Positions 46,381 to 55,483 of a stretch of 64,000 nt of DNA are shown one piece after another. The notes under the pieces were generated by a model. That model did not search any database. It was given only the letters and a program-made list of their open reading frames with translations, and had not been told where the DNA came from. The position numbers and the translations under genes are program-made. This DNA is from an uncultured archaeon (GTDB lineage: Archaea > Nanobdellota > Nanobdellia > Pacearchaeales > GW2011-AR1): positions 16,161 through 80,160 of the forward strand of contig CABMGE010000027.1 of assembly GCA_902385625.1 (NCBI GenBank), given 5' to 3'. Numbering within the stretch: position 1 is the stretch's first letter; each line of letters begins with the position of its first letter.

Positions 46381-47289
46381 ATGCAAGAGGGAGACATAAA
46401 AAAGGGGTGGAATATCTATCTGTACTATTGGACAATATTTGCATTTATCTTTTTCTTTTTGATAAACTATTATTCTAAAAATATAAAAATAAATTTTGAA
46501 AATATCGGGCTGATGATATCAGTTCTTTCATTTCTGTTTGGTTTTCTTGTAAATATCAATTTTTCAATGATAATGTCAAGAATGAACTATCTAAAAAATG
46601 ATCTCGCTTCAGAAACAGGAAGACTGGTATCATTGTATTCATTATCAAAACATCTTGGAGAAAAATTCCATGAAAATATAAAGGAATTAATTGATGAATA
46701 TACAATACATACACTTAGAAATTATAATAACTACGAAGTTGGAAGGGGCATATTTTACAGGATTCATAAAGAATTTGAATCAATTGAAGTAAAAAATGAT
46801 TTTCAAAAAATGATGGCAGGCTCTTTTTTGTCAAACCTCAATGATTGGGAGCAGGTAAGAGAAAGACTCGAATATCTAACTGGAAAAGGAACAGAATGGT
46901 CTTTAAAATTTTCTGCTTATCTTCTTGGAATAATACTGATAATTCTTTTATTCTTAAATAGAGGGGACATGTTCACAGATAGCCTCTTTATAATCCTCTC
47001 AACAGTCATAGTATTCATCTTTTTAATAATTGAAGATTATGATGATCTAAGAATCGGAGACTATCAGATAAATATAAGCAATTCAGAACAACTATTTGAC
47101 TTAATCGGAAAAGAAAGATATTATCCGCAAAGCATTTTAAATAAAGTTCAGCTAGAAAAAGGAAAAGTATACAGAATAGGAGTGTATAATACAGAAGGAA
47201 AAGAGGAAAGAATTTTTAAAATAGCCTATACTCCGCACCTGCATCTCAAAATTGCAAGAATAGAAAGGAATTTGCAGAGGGAAAAATGA
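46381..47289 (+). CDS. Four-TM membrane protein (DUF4239/bestrophin-like)
   Basis: Two TM pairs flanking a soluble helical region; LFGFL and IEDYDD. Confidence 0.55.
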   Translation: MQEGDIKKGWNIYLYYWTIFAFIFFFLINYYSKNIKINFENIGLMISVLSFLFGFLVNINFSMIMSRMNYLKNDLASETGRLVSLYSLSKHLGEKFHENIKELIDEYTIHTLRNYNNYEVGRGIFYRIHKEFESIEVKNDFQKMMAGSFLSNLNDWEQVRERLEYLTGKGTEWSLKFSAYLLGIILIILLFLNRGDMFTDSLFIILSTVIVFIFLIIEDYDDLRIGDYQINISNSEQLFDLIGKERYYPQSILNKVQLEKGKVYRIGVYNTEGKEERIFKIAYTPHLHLKIARIERNLQREK

Positions 47290-47537
47290 TAAACAAAATA
47301 TTAATTAAAAACCTGGATAGTTTTGCAAGATATGAAACTTTTATTTTTATAGGAGTAATAATGAGTATTGGAACACTTTTAAAACTCCTTAGATTTTATG
47401 ATTTTTCTTCAGATTGGTTTTGGCTACTTGCAGGAGTAGGACTTGTAATAGAAGGGTGTATTTCACTAGTAAAGCAAAAAAGATTTGATAGAAAATATAA
47501 AATAATAGAAATCAACGAGTCTGAAATTAAAAAATAA
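47286..47537 (+). CDS. Small membrane protein
   Basis: Two TMs; overlaps both neighbours. Confidence 0.7.
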   Translation: MINKILIKNLDSFARYETFIFIGVIMSIGTLLKLLRFYDFSSDWFWLLAGVGLVIEGCISLVKQKRFDRKYKIIEINESEIKK

Positions 47538-48604
47538 TGACATCAAAAATTATTAACAAAATAGATAAAAAATCTGGAAAAGCTCCTGGAACTGTTACTT
47601 ATATAGGGAAAAATAATTTGACAAAAGTTTCTATTGATGTGATAGATTTTACAAAAAACAGTATAGAAGAATTCTCTGCTAAGAATGTAGAAGAAATTTT
47701 CAGATTTAAGGAAAAAAAGAGTTCCACCTGGATTAATATAAGTGGAGTGCATGATACAGAGATAATTAAAAAGATAGGGGCTCATTTTGGATTGCATCCC
47801 CTTCTTTTAGAAGATGTTGCAGATACAAATCAAAGACCTAAAATAGAGGAGTTCAAAAACGAATTATTTTTTGTTCTTAAAATGATATACTTTGACAAAA
47901 AAATAAATGAAATCAGAACAGAACAAGTAAGTATTATCCTAGGAAAAGGTTTTGTAATTTCATTTTTAGAGGATCCTGGAGATATATTTGATGGAGTAAG
48001 GGAAAGGATAAGAAAAGGCAAGGTAAAAATAAGAAACTCTGAATGCGACTATCTAGCTTATTCACTAATTGACGCAATTATTGATAACTATTTTATAATA
48101 TTGGAAGGTATTGGAGAAAAAATAGAACAAATAGAAGACGAAGTAATCAAAACTCCTGGCCCTGAAACACTGAAAGATGTTTATTCATTAAAAAGAGAAT
48201 TAATTTTACTAAGAAAATCTGTCTGGCCAATTAGAGAAGTAATAGGAACTATGCTAAGAGAGGATTCTAAGTTCATAAAAAAAGAAACACGTGAATATTT
48301 AAGAGACCTTCATGATCATACAATAAGAGTAATTGAAACTCTTGAAACCTTTCGCGATATGCTTTCAGGAATGCTTGATTTATACACCTCAAATGTTTCA
48401 AATAAAATGAATGAAGTAATGAAAGTCTTAACTATTATTTCAACATTATTTATCCCCTTGACATTTATTGTAGGAGTCTATGGGATGAATTTCGAGCATA
48501 TGCCAGAACTCAGCTTAACCTGGTTTTATCCAAGCCTCTGGGTTTTAATGATAATAATATCGCTTGGAATGCTTTTGTATTTTAAAAAGAAAAAATGGAT
48601 ATAA
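47537..48604 (+). CDS. corA: CorA Mg2+/Co2+ transporter
   Basis: LHPLLLED, QRPKIE, MNEVMKVLT and YGMNFEHMPEL signature. Confidence 0.97.
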   Translation: MTSKIINKIDKKSGKAPGTVTYIGKNNLTKVSIDVIDFTKNSIEEFSAKNVEEIFRFKEKKSSTWINISGVHDTEIIKKIGAHFGLHPLLLEDVADTNQRPKIEEFKNELFFVLKMIYFDKKINEIRTEQVSIILGKGFVISFLEDPGDIFDGVRERIRKGKVKIRNSECDYLAYSLIDAIIDNYFIILEGIGEKIEQIEDEVIKTPGPETLKDVYSLKRELILLRKSVWPIREVIGTMLREDSKFIKKETREYLRDLHDHTIRVIETLETFRDMLSGMLDLYTSNVSNKMNEVMKVLTIISTLFIPLTFIVGVYGMNFEHMPELSLTWFYPSLWVLMIIISLGMLLYFKKKKWI

Positions 48605-48696
48605 AACTAAAATAAAAGATTAATTGACCTATATTAACCAAACTAATAAAATATATATACTAGTTTTACTTTATTTAGTAAATACAAAGGAGAAAA

Positions 48697-49344
48697 ATGG
48701 TATCAACACCCCTAAAATTCGCTGGAAAAGGAGTTGCATATATTGTTCTAACAGCAGCAGGCGTAGTTGTTGAAAAATATGCCTCAAAAAAGCTAGAAGA
48801 ATTTAATCAATATGCAACTGAGCATGGAGGATATGAAAAAGTTGCAAAAAACAATATCCGTGCAGTAGAAATAAAAACCCGAAGAGCAGCGCATCATGCA
48901 AAAAGATGCTTGGATGAAACACTTGAACCAGTTATAGATGAAGTAAAAAAGACAGGAAAAGAGGTTCATGAAAGCTTTTCAAATGTATTATATGGATATA
49001 TTCCAAGAAAAGAAGAATTAGAATCAGGCGGAAAATATGAAGGAGTTGGAACTAATTTTAAAGGACCTATTTTAACAAGATCTCGCTGTGAAAGTTGCTT
49101 AGAGTTCCTTAGTCACGCAAATGAAACAATTCCTGAAGATCAACCTCTCAAGCAAACAGTTGTAAATGATATAAGAAGAAGTGCAAGTAATAACACAAAA
49201 GAGCTAGAAGGATTTTATCAAGATGTATTTTCCTGGCAATTTTCAGATATTAATAAAATAAGAGCACTAATGGACTGTGTTGATCTGGCAAATGATTATT
49301 TAAAAGAACCTGCATCAACATTATCTGGAGAAAAATATTCTTAG
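48697..49344 (+). CDS. Hypothetical protein
   Basis: 215-aa ORF; AGGAG Shine-Dalgarno. Confidence 0.65.
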   Translation: MVSTPLKFAGKGVAYIVLTAAGVVVEKYASKKLEEFNQYATEHGGYEKVAKNNIRAVEIKTRRAAHHAKRCLDETLEPVIDEVKKTGKEVHESFSNVLYGYIPRKEELESGGKYEGVGTNFKGPILTRSRCESCLEFLSHANETIPEDQPLKQTVVNDIRRSASNNTKELEGFYQDVFSWQFSDINKIRALMDCVDLANDYLKEPASTLSGEKYS

Positions 49345-49404
49345 ATTTGAAATCTATTCTTTCTTTGAAAAAAAATCATATTTAAAGATTAATTTATAAA
49401 AATA

Positions 49405-49458
49405 GATTATCTTTATTTGTCCTCCCTAATTTTTTGAGGAGGATAAACAAAAATAATC
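49405..49458. repeat. Dispersed ~50-bp palindrome, copy 4 (inverted orientation)
   Basis: Reverse complement gattatttttgtttatcctcctcaaaaaattagggaggacaaataaagataatc; lies between convergent genes. Confidence 0.72.
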
Positions 49459-49535
49459 AGGTAATGATTAAAGTATAAAAGATTCAAATAGAGTGCATAG
49501 TCAGTTATAAAATTTTCAAATATAGATTATATTTA

Positions 49536-50357
49536 CTAACTTATCTGACCTTGTAAATATTTTCTTCTTTTTTCAAGTCTTTTTCTTTCTCTCTTTCTTA
49601 TATGATCAGGAATTCCAGGAGCATTATCAAGATCTTCTAGTTGCTTTCCAATCTGAGCAAGAGCCCTTACTGTCCCTTCGCGATCAGCATCTTTCCATTT
49701 CTGCTTATCAAATGCTCTATGTATTGTACCATCTAAAAGCAAGAATACAAAGGCAATAAGCATTGTCCAAAAATAAACACTCCCGTAGGATTCAGCCTCA
49801 GTTGTAAGCCATAACCCCAAGTAAATAACAATAAAAAATATCCATCCAATCTTTCTTACAGCAGAGTTATTTGAAACATTATGTAAGAAAAATAAATAAA
49901 TTATAAATGGAAGTAGTCCTACAAGTGCAATTCCAAGTATTTGATATTGCATTAAAATAGTATTAAGCCATATAAAATTCAAATATCTTACAGCTAGAAG
50001 TGGAACAATTATTGCTACAACTCCGAGAATTTTCTTTTGCTCATTAAAAATATCTATTTTTTTAAGGGACAAATAAACCATTGAAAGAATAAGTAAATAA
50101 ATTAAAAACTTTTCAAAAAGTAGCATACCAGTATAATCATTTCCACCAAGTAGAGCCTGTAAAAAAGGTTCTGACCAATTAACAAAAAAATCAATCAACT
50201 GCTGGCTTCCTTGTCTTATAAATGAACTGCTTCCACCATAATTATTGTAAGATGGATAATATGGAGCAGCAGATATGTTTACTAGTGTTCCAAGGATAAA
50301 TGCTACTAAAAAGAAACTTAAAAAACCCAGTACAAACACCAACTTTTTTCTATTCAT
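49536..50357 (-). CDS. Multi-TM membrane protein, paralog A
   Basis: Signal plus ~5 TMs and charged tail; YQILGIALVGLLPF and DGTIHR shared with paralog B. Confidence 0.75.
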   Translation of the reverse strand: MNRKKLVFVLGFLSFFLVAFILGTLVNISAAPYYPSYNNYGGSSSFIRQGSQQLIDFFVNWSEPFLQALLGGNDYTGMLLFEKFLIYLLILSMVYLSLKKIDIFNEQKKILGVVAIIVPLLAVRYLNFIWLNTILMQYQILGIALVGLLPFIIYLFFLHNVSNNSAVRKIGWIFFIVIYLGLWLTTEAESYGSVYFWTMLIAFVFLLLDGTIHRAFDKQKWKDADREGTVRALAQIGKQLEDLDNAPGIPDHIRKRERKRLEKRRKYLQGQIS

Positions 50358-50418
50358 AAAACATTCAAATAAAACAAGTTTATAAATATTTTCAATCTGA
50401 AATAAAATATACGAAAAA

Positions 50419-51198
50419 TTATCTATTCAAAGCAACCATCTGTTTAGCAAGTCTTTTCTTTGTTGCAGCATGTTCTGCAGGAGTTATAGCTCCATTTGCA
50501 AGTAAATTATCATTTCTAACCATTTTTTCAATAACTATTTGCCTTCCATCATCTCTTGCACTATATCTGTCTAGTTTCATTTTATAGAAAAACCTTTGAA
50601 GAGTTCCATCAAAAATAATCATTAATAAGCAAGCAAGTGCAGTTACAGGGTAAACATAAGTTGCATCTCCAAGATCATATCTTGTAAACCAAAGACCAAT
50701 AAATATAACTCCAAAAAATATCCAAGCAACACTTCTTACTGTTTTATATTTTGGACCTTGCATACCAATATTGACAATAAAAAAATAAACAGCAAATGGA
50801 AGACCTGCAGAAATTGTTACTCCAAGTGCCTCATAAGGAAGAAGCATAGTCATAAGCCATTGCGCATCTGACATATATTTTACTGCAAGAATTGAAACTG
50901 CAATACTAACAGTCCATAATACAACTACATACTCATAAAATATTTCAACTCGACTAAGTGCAAGCCATACAATTGATAAAATAATTATAAAGAAAAGAAT
51001 CTTTGCAAAAAAATAAGGAGAATCAGTAGTCTCTCCTATAATAGGAGTAATTATAGGACCAATAGCTGCAAGTCCTCCATCCATAAAAGTTTTAACTTTT
51101 TCACCAACAGATGAAAATCCAGTCTCTGCAGAAACAGATCCTATTAAGAATGATGAAATTACGAGTGATATAAATAATAATGCTACACCTTTTTTCAT
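50419..51198 (-). CDS. Multi-TM membrane protein, paralog B
   Basis: MKKGV signal, ~5 TMs; YEALGVTISAGLPF and DGTLQR. Confidence 0.75.
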   Translation of the reverse strand: MKKGVALLFISLVISSFLIGSVSAETGFSSVGEKVKTFMDGGLAAIGPIITPIIGETTDSPYFFAKILFFIIILSIVWLALSRVEIFYEYVVVLWTVSIAVSILAVKYMSDAQWLMTMLLPYEALGVTISAGLPFAVYFFIVNIGMQGPKYKTVRSVAWIFFGVIFIGLWFTRYDLGDATYVYPVTALACLLMIIFDGTLQRFFYKMKLDRYSARDDGRQIVIEKMVRNDNLLANGAITPAEHAATKKRLAKQMVALNR

Positions 51199-51354
51199 AA
51201 ATTATAAAGAAGTTAGTTATTTATAAATATTACTATAATTTTTTATATTTTTAAAAGTAAATTAATATCGATCATAACTTGCAAATATTTATCACTGATT
51301 TTGCATATCAAAACATAAAGAAACATTTTTAAATACTCCATACATAAAACTAAT

Positions 51355-52185
51355 ATGAAAAGAGAGTTTAAAAAAAGAGCATTGGTCTTAAGTCTAGTTC
51401 TATTAGCATTATATATTAATTTAACACTAATTAGTGCAGCACCAAAAGATACAGTAGCAAATTTTGCAAGCTGGACATATGAGAATGTTAGTTTTTCAGG
51501 TGAGAGTTTTAGATTTTATTCAGCTCAAATTCTAATGTTGATTTTAGTTTCATTGATTCTATTCGCAGTTTCTGATTTTATTCCATTCCTTGAAGGTGCA
51601 AGTGATTGGATAAGAATCTTAATTTCATTAATAATAGGTATATTATCTGTAATGTATCTTGGAAGAGAAGAAATTTATACAGCACTTATGAGCTATCAAG
51701 CACTTGGTATTACCCTCACAACAATAATCCCATTAATAGTTCTTGCATCAATAACAATCAGATGGGATACAAGACATCCAGAGTATTCATGGGTACCAAC
51801 AGTCTTGTGGGTTGCATATTTTGTTTCATTTATAATAAAATATTATGAAAGTTTCCTTGCTTGGTATGGCGGCATGCCTGATCCAAATGGAATAGGAACA
51901 TTCGGATTATTATTTATTGGACTTACTGGAGCAATTAGTATACTAATGTTAATTGCAGGTGGAAAAATTTCAAGAATGATATTTTTAAGAAGACTAAAAG
52001 GACTGATAACCAAAGGAGAATTAAATACAGAAACAGAAATAACAGGAAGAATTAACCAATTAAGGCAATATATTATTGCAACACCAGAACTAGCCGATGA
52101 ATATGAAGCTATAATAAAACAGTTGGAAAAAGCCAGGAAAAAAATAGGAAAAGAAGAAGGACTAGTTGGCGGAGCAGGAATATAA
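51355..52185 (+). CDS. Multi-TM membrane protein, paralog C
   Basis: Signal plus ~5 TMs; YQALGITLTTIIPL. Confidence 0.72.
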   Translation: MKREFKKRALVLSLVLLALYINLTLISAAPKDTVANFASWTYENVSFSGESFRFYSAQILMLILVSLILFAVSDFIPFLEGASDWIRILISLIIGILSVMYLGREEIYTALMSYQALGITLTTIIPLIVLASITIRWDTRHPEYSWVPTVLWVAYFVSFIIKYYESFLAWYGGMPDPNGIGTFGLLFIGLTGAISILMLIAGGKISRMIFLRRLKGLITKGELNTETEITGRINQLRQYIIATPELADEYEAIIKQLEKARKKIGKEEGLVGGAGI

Positions 52186-52223
52186 ACACTAAATTTTAAA
52201 AACTCCTTCTTATTAATTATTTT

Positions 52224-52940
52224 ATGAAAGCAAAAAAAGAAGTGTTATTATTTGGATTATTATTTTTATTATTGGGAGTATTCATTATAAATGCTGCAGA
52301 TGAACCTTCTATGCCGAGTATTCCGGTTATTGGAGGGCTAATGAATTCAAACGAGTCCTCAAGTCTTCCAGAAACATTTGAAAAATTTCAACAAGTTGCA
52401 AATAATCTTTCAGAAGAAGAATCAAGAAAAGCATATTTACAACAGGAATGGACAAAAATCCTTGCAGAAAATCCAGTTTTAGGGCCTGTTCTTTATTACA
52501 CTGAAGGATTTTTTTCAATTACAGATCCTTTTTGGGAACTTGTATTAAAACAGAAATTCTCATGGTCCTGGTTATTTATCCTATCACTTGGAATGTGGAT
52601 AATGCTAATATTTATTTTCTATTCAACAGCCGAGCCATTTACACAAGCAAACTTTTGGATCAACATTGTTATAGCATTCTGTATTGCCTGCCTTGTTGGA
52701 CTATCAGGAGGAATAAAAGAGGGAGTAAGTTTGTTAATTTCCCCACTTCAAAATATCTGGACAGTCTTGTTAGTAATCTTTATTTCATTTTGCATAATAA
52801 TAATTTACAAGGGATTAATGAAGAATCTTAAGAAAGGCATGGAAGAAAAAGGCAAAAAAGATAGATCTGAAATAAGAGAAATGAAAGAAAATACACATGA
52901 AAAAATAATAGATACAAAACTTAAGGCAGAAGGATTGTAA
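52224..52940 (+). CDS. Multi-TM membrane protein
   Basis: Signal peptide, 3 TMs, charged C-terminal tail. Confidence 0.7.
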   Translation: MKAKKEVLLFGLLFLLLGVFIINAADEPSMPSIPVIGGLMNSNESSSLPETFEKFQQVANNLSEEESRKAYLQQEWTKILAENPVLGPVLYYTEGFFSITDPFWELVLKQKFSWSWLFILSLGMWIMLIFIFYSTAEPFTQANFWINIVIAFCIACLVGLSGGIKEGVSLLISPLQNIWTVLLVIFISFCIIIIYKGLMKNLKKGMEEKGKKDRSEIREMKENTHEKIIDTKLKAEGL

Positions 52941-52952
52941 ATATTTATCTTA

Positions 52953-52976
52953 AATAAGTAAGCCCGAGTACTTATT
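52953..52976. terminator. Short hairpin between convergent genes
   Basis: aataagta-agcccgag-tacttatt, perfect 8-bp stem. Confidence 0.35.
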
Positions 52977-52998
52977 GTTTATTTTAGCAAAATTAATA

Positions 52999-54018
52999 TT
53001 AAAAAAGAGTTTTCTGTGCTTTTTGTTTTTCCAGTTCATCAAGTTTAGCAAGCTGACTATCGATTCTCTCTTCTGAAAACTCATATCTAAGTAAAATATC
53101 TTTAATCTTTTTCCGATCAACCTTTGGAAACTCTATTTTAATACTCAAATCAACATTTGGATTATCTATCTCAGAATAAATCTCTTCCCATTTAAAATCC
53201 ATTATATATTTATCGCTCTTGCTAAGTTCTTCAAATATCTTCTCTTTTGTCTTATGTTCTTTTACAAATTTCAAGCTTTTCTTTGGCCCAAGTCCCTTAA
53301 CTCCTCCAGGATTATAATCAGTACCGCATAAAATTCCAAGACAAATTAATTGCTCTTGATTAATTTCAAGTTCTGAAAGGACTTTTGAAAGTTCAATTAC
53401 TTGTGGAAAAACTTCACGATAACCTGAAATAGTTTTTCTCTTTCTGGCCATTGAAAGATTTTGTATAAGTTTTGGAGCACGAAACATTAAACAATCATAA
53501 TCTTGAGAAGCAGCAGCATAAACTATGCCTTTCTCAGCCATATAACTTGCTTCTGCCTCGCCTTCTCCTGGAGCTTGAACAATTGCAATTCCCATGGCAG
53601 TCAATAATTCCTTGCTCTCCTTAATTTTTTGCTCATCAAGAGAAACATCTGCTCTGGAATATTTACCCATTGATTCAATATCTTCTCTTGCAAGAGCATC
53701 CTTATATTTTTCTTTCATTTCCTCTTTCATACCATTTCTAAGTTCACGAGTCTTATTTTTTAGTTCAGGAGCTTTTCCATCAAAAACATAAATTAGTTTT
53801 ATTCCTTCATTAATCATATTCATATTTCGATAAAATAAACCAGAGATATGGGAAGTAACATTTCCCTTAGAGTCCTTTAGAGGAGTTCCATCAGGCTGCC
53901 TAATAGTAGTAAGAAACTGATAAATTGCATTAAATGCATCAACTGCAATTACTTTTCCCTTCAAATCCTTAAACTGGATTTCTTTTTTTGTAATTATCTC
54001 TCCAATTTGTAAACCCAT
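52999..54018 (-). CDS. fen: Flap endonuclease 1
   Basis: DAFNAIYQFL..IR, GEGEAEA, SQDYD, GTDYNPGG..G.GPKK; C-terminal PIP box QKTLF. Confidence 0.97.
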   Translation of the reverse strand: MGLQIGEIITKKEIQFKDLKGKVIAVDAFNAIYQFLTTIRQPDGTPLKDSKGNVTSHISGLFYRNMNMINEGIKLIYVFDGKAPELKNKTRELRNGMKEEMKEKYKDALAREDIESMGKYSRADVSLDEQKIKESKELLTAMGIAIVQAPGEGEAEASYMAEKGIVYAAASQDYDCLMFRAPKLIQNLSMARKRKTISGYREVFPQVIELSKVLSELEINQEQLICLGILCGTDYNPGGVKGLGPKKSLKFVKEHKTKEKIFEELSKSDKYIMDFKWEEIYSEIDNPNVDLSIKIEFPKVDRKKIKDILLRYEFSEERIDSQLAKLDELEKQKAQKTLF

Positions 54019-54054
54019 TAAAAAATTAATAAAGAAGGATTAATAAAATTATTG

Positions 54055-54456
54055 TTAATGTTTTTTCTTAAATTCAGATAGCACTCGTCTTGCTCTTTCA
54101 AGATAATTTCTTGAGTCTCCGCCATATTGTTCTGCAAGAAAACTTGCAACTTCAATTTCTTCAGCAGCCATTTTATTGTCTCCAGTTAAAAGAGTTCCAT
54201 TTTCTTCCCTATATTCACTTGGAATTCTTAGTGCATAACTTTCTGCACCTCCAAAATCATTCCTAAGTGTTCCCATAACAAGCCTTGCCTTTTGAGGAAT
54301 CTTTCTAAATAAATAATTTCCAACAGCTCCAGCAGGAGTAGTTGCAACGCTTCCACCAATTTTATCAATCAAATTATATTCATGAACTCCAAGATCTTCT
54401 TTTGGCAAAGCTATAACAAATCTTCCTTCAGTTCGGTCTTCTAATTTTTTTGCCAT
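54055..54456 (-). CDS. Hypothetical protein downstream of FHA genes
   Basis: 133-aa ORF, 1 bp from the upstream stop. Confidence 0.65.
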   Translation of the reverse strand: MAKKLEDRTEGRFVIALPKEDLGVHEYNLIDKIGGSVATTPAGAVGNYLFRKIPQKARLVMGTLRNDFGGAESYALRIPSEYREENGTLLTGDNKMAAEEIEVASFLAEQYGGDSRNYLERARRVLSEFKKKH

Positions 54457-54457
54457 T

Positions 54458-54910
54458 TTATTGATTCCCCTTGGAATTATTTAAGGGTTTTGGTTCATAA
54501 GGAACTGTTTCAAGAATAGAACTAATTTTATCTACAAGATCTGGATCTCTTGAATTTTTATCAGTATGAAAAACTTGAAATCCATAACTCCCAAGACTCA
54601 GTATATCTCCATTCTCAATTATAGTTCCAAGTGAAGACTCAACTCTCTCGCCATTAACATAAGTTCCATTTTTGCTACCATTATCAACAACATAAGGCTG
54701 GGAACTATCAACATAAATAGTACAATGATTTCTAGAAACATAAGATAAAAATCTATCTGCATAATCAGAGTCCTGATCAATTGTTTCTTCTTCAGCGCCG
54801 ATTACAAGGTCTGCTGATTTGCCTCTACCAACTGTAACATTTCCAACTTCAGGAATTTCAATAACCTTTTCAGGATTTTCTCTTATTAAATCTACAAGAT
54901 AAATTTTCAT
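54458..54910 (-). CDS. FHA domain protein
   Basis: VGRG, VSRNHC, SKNGTYVNG and GD.L.LG motifs. Confidence 0.92.
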   Translation of the reverse strand: MKIYLVDLIRENPEKVIEIPEVGNVTVGRGKSADLVIGAEEETIDQDSDYADRFLSYVSRNHCTIYVDSSQPYVVDNGSKNGTYVNGERVESSLGTIIENGDILSLGSYGFQVFHTDKNSRDPDLVDKISSILETVPYEPKPLNNSKGNQ

Positions 54911-55326
54911 TTTACCCTCGAATCCTCAAAAGCATTTGATAAAATACCCTTAAGACCTGAAAAAATATTATCAGATTCTTGTTTAACTACAACATCAAAA
55001 TCGTAATGATCCTTTTCTGTAAGACCAAGTCCTAAAACATCTCCGTTTCCTAAAACAACTCCTTCTCCATTAATTTTTCTCCCATTAACATATGTGCCAT
55101 TAGTACTAGTGTCATAAGCAAATAATCTGGAATTAATAACTGCAACCACTACATGATTTCTAGAAAGATTACTATCAAGTAAAGGAATACAAGTCCTAAC
55201 TTCTAGTCTTTTACGAGTTGAACCAGGATTTCTTCCAATAACAAGTTCATCACCATCTTGAACAAGTTCAGAATATTTCTTTCCATTAGCCCTATCTTTT
55301 AACATAAAATGAATGTATTTTGCCAT
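54907..55326 (-). CDS. FHA domain protein
   Basis: IGRN, LSRNHV, STNGTYVNG and GDVLGLG motifs. Confidence 0.92.
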   Translation of the reverse strand: MAKYIHFMLKDRANGKKYSELVQDGDELVIGRNPGSTRKRLEVRTCIPLLDSNLSRNHVVVAVINSRLFAYDTSTNGTYVNGRKINGEGVVLGNGDVLGLGLTEKDHYDFDVVVKQESDNIFSGLKGILSNAFEDSRVK

Positions 55327-55483
55327 TTTTAATTGTTATATCACGAGTTTACTTCCTTATTGTATTATTCAATAGAACTATATAAATCTTTCTATAATGT
55401 AACTACTACGGGGTAACATCATATTAGATTTATGAACAGACATTTAAACTAATCTTTAAATATTCAGTTAACCTTTTTTTTAA

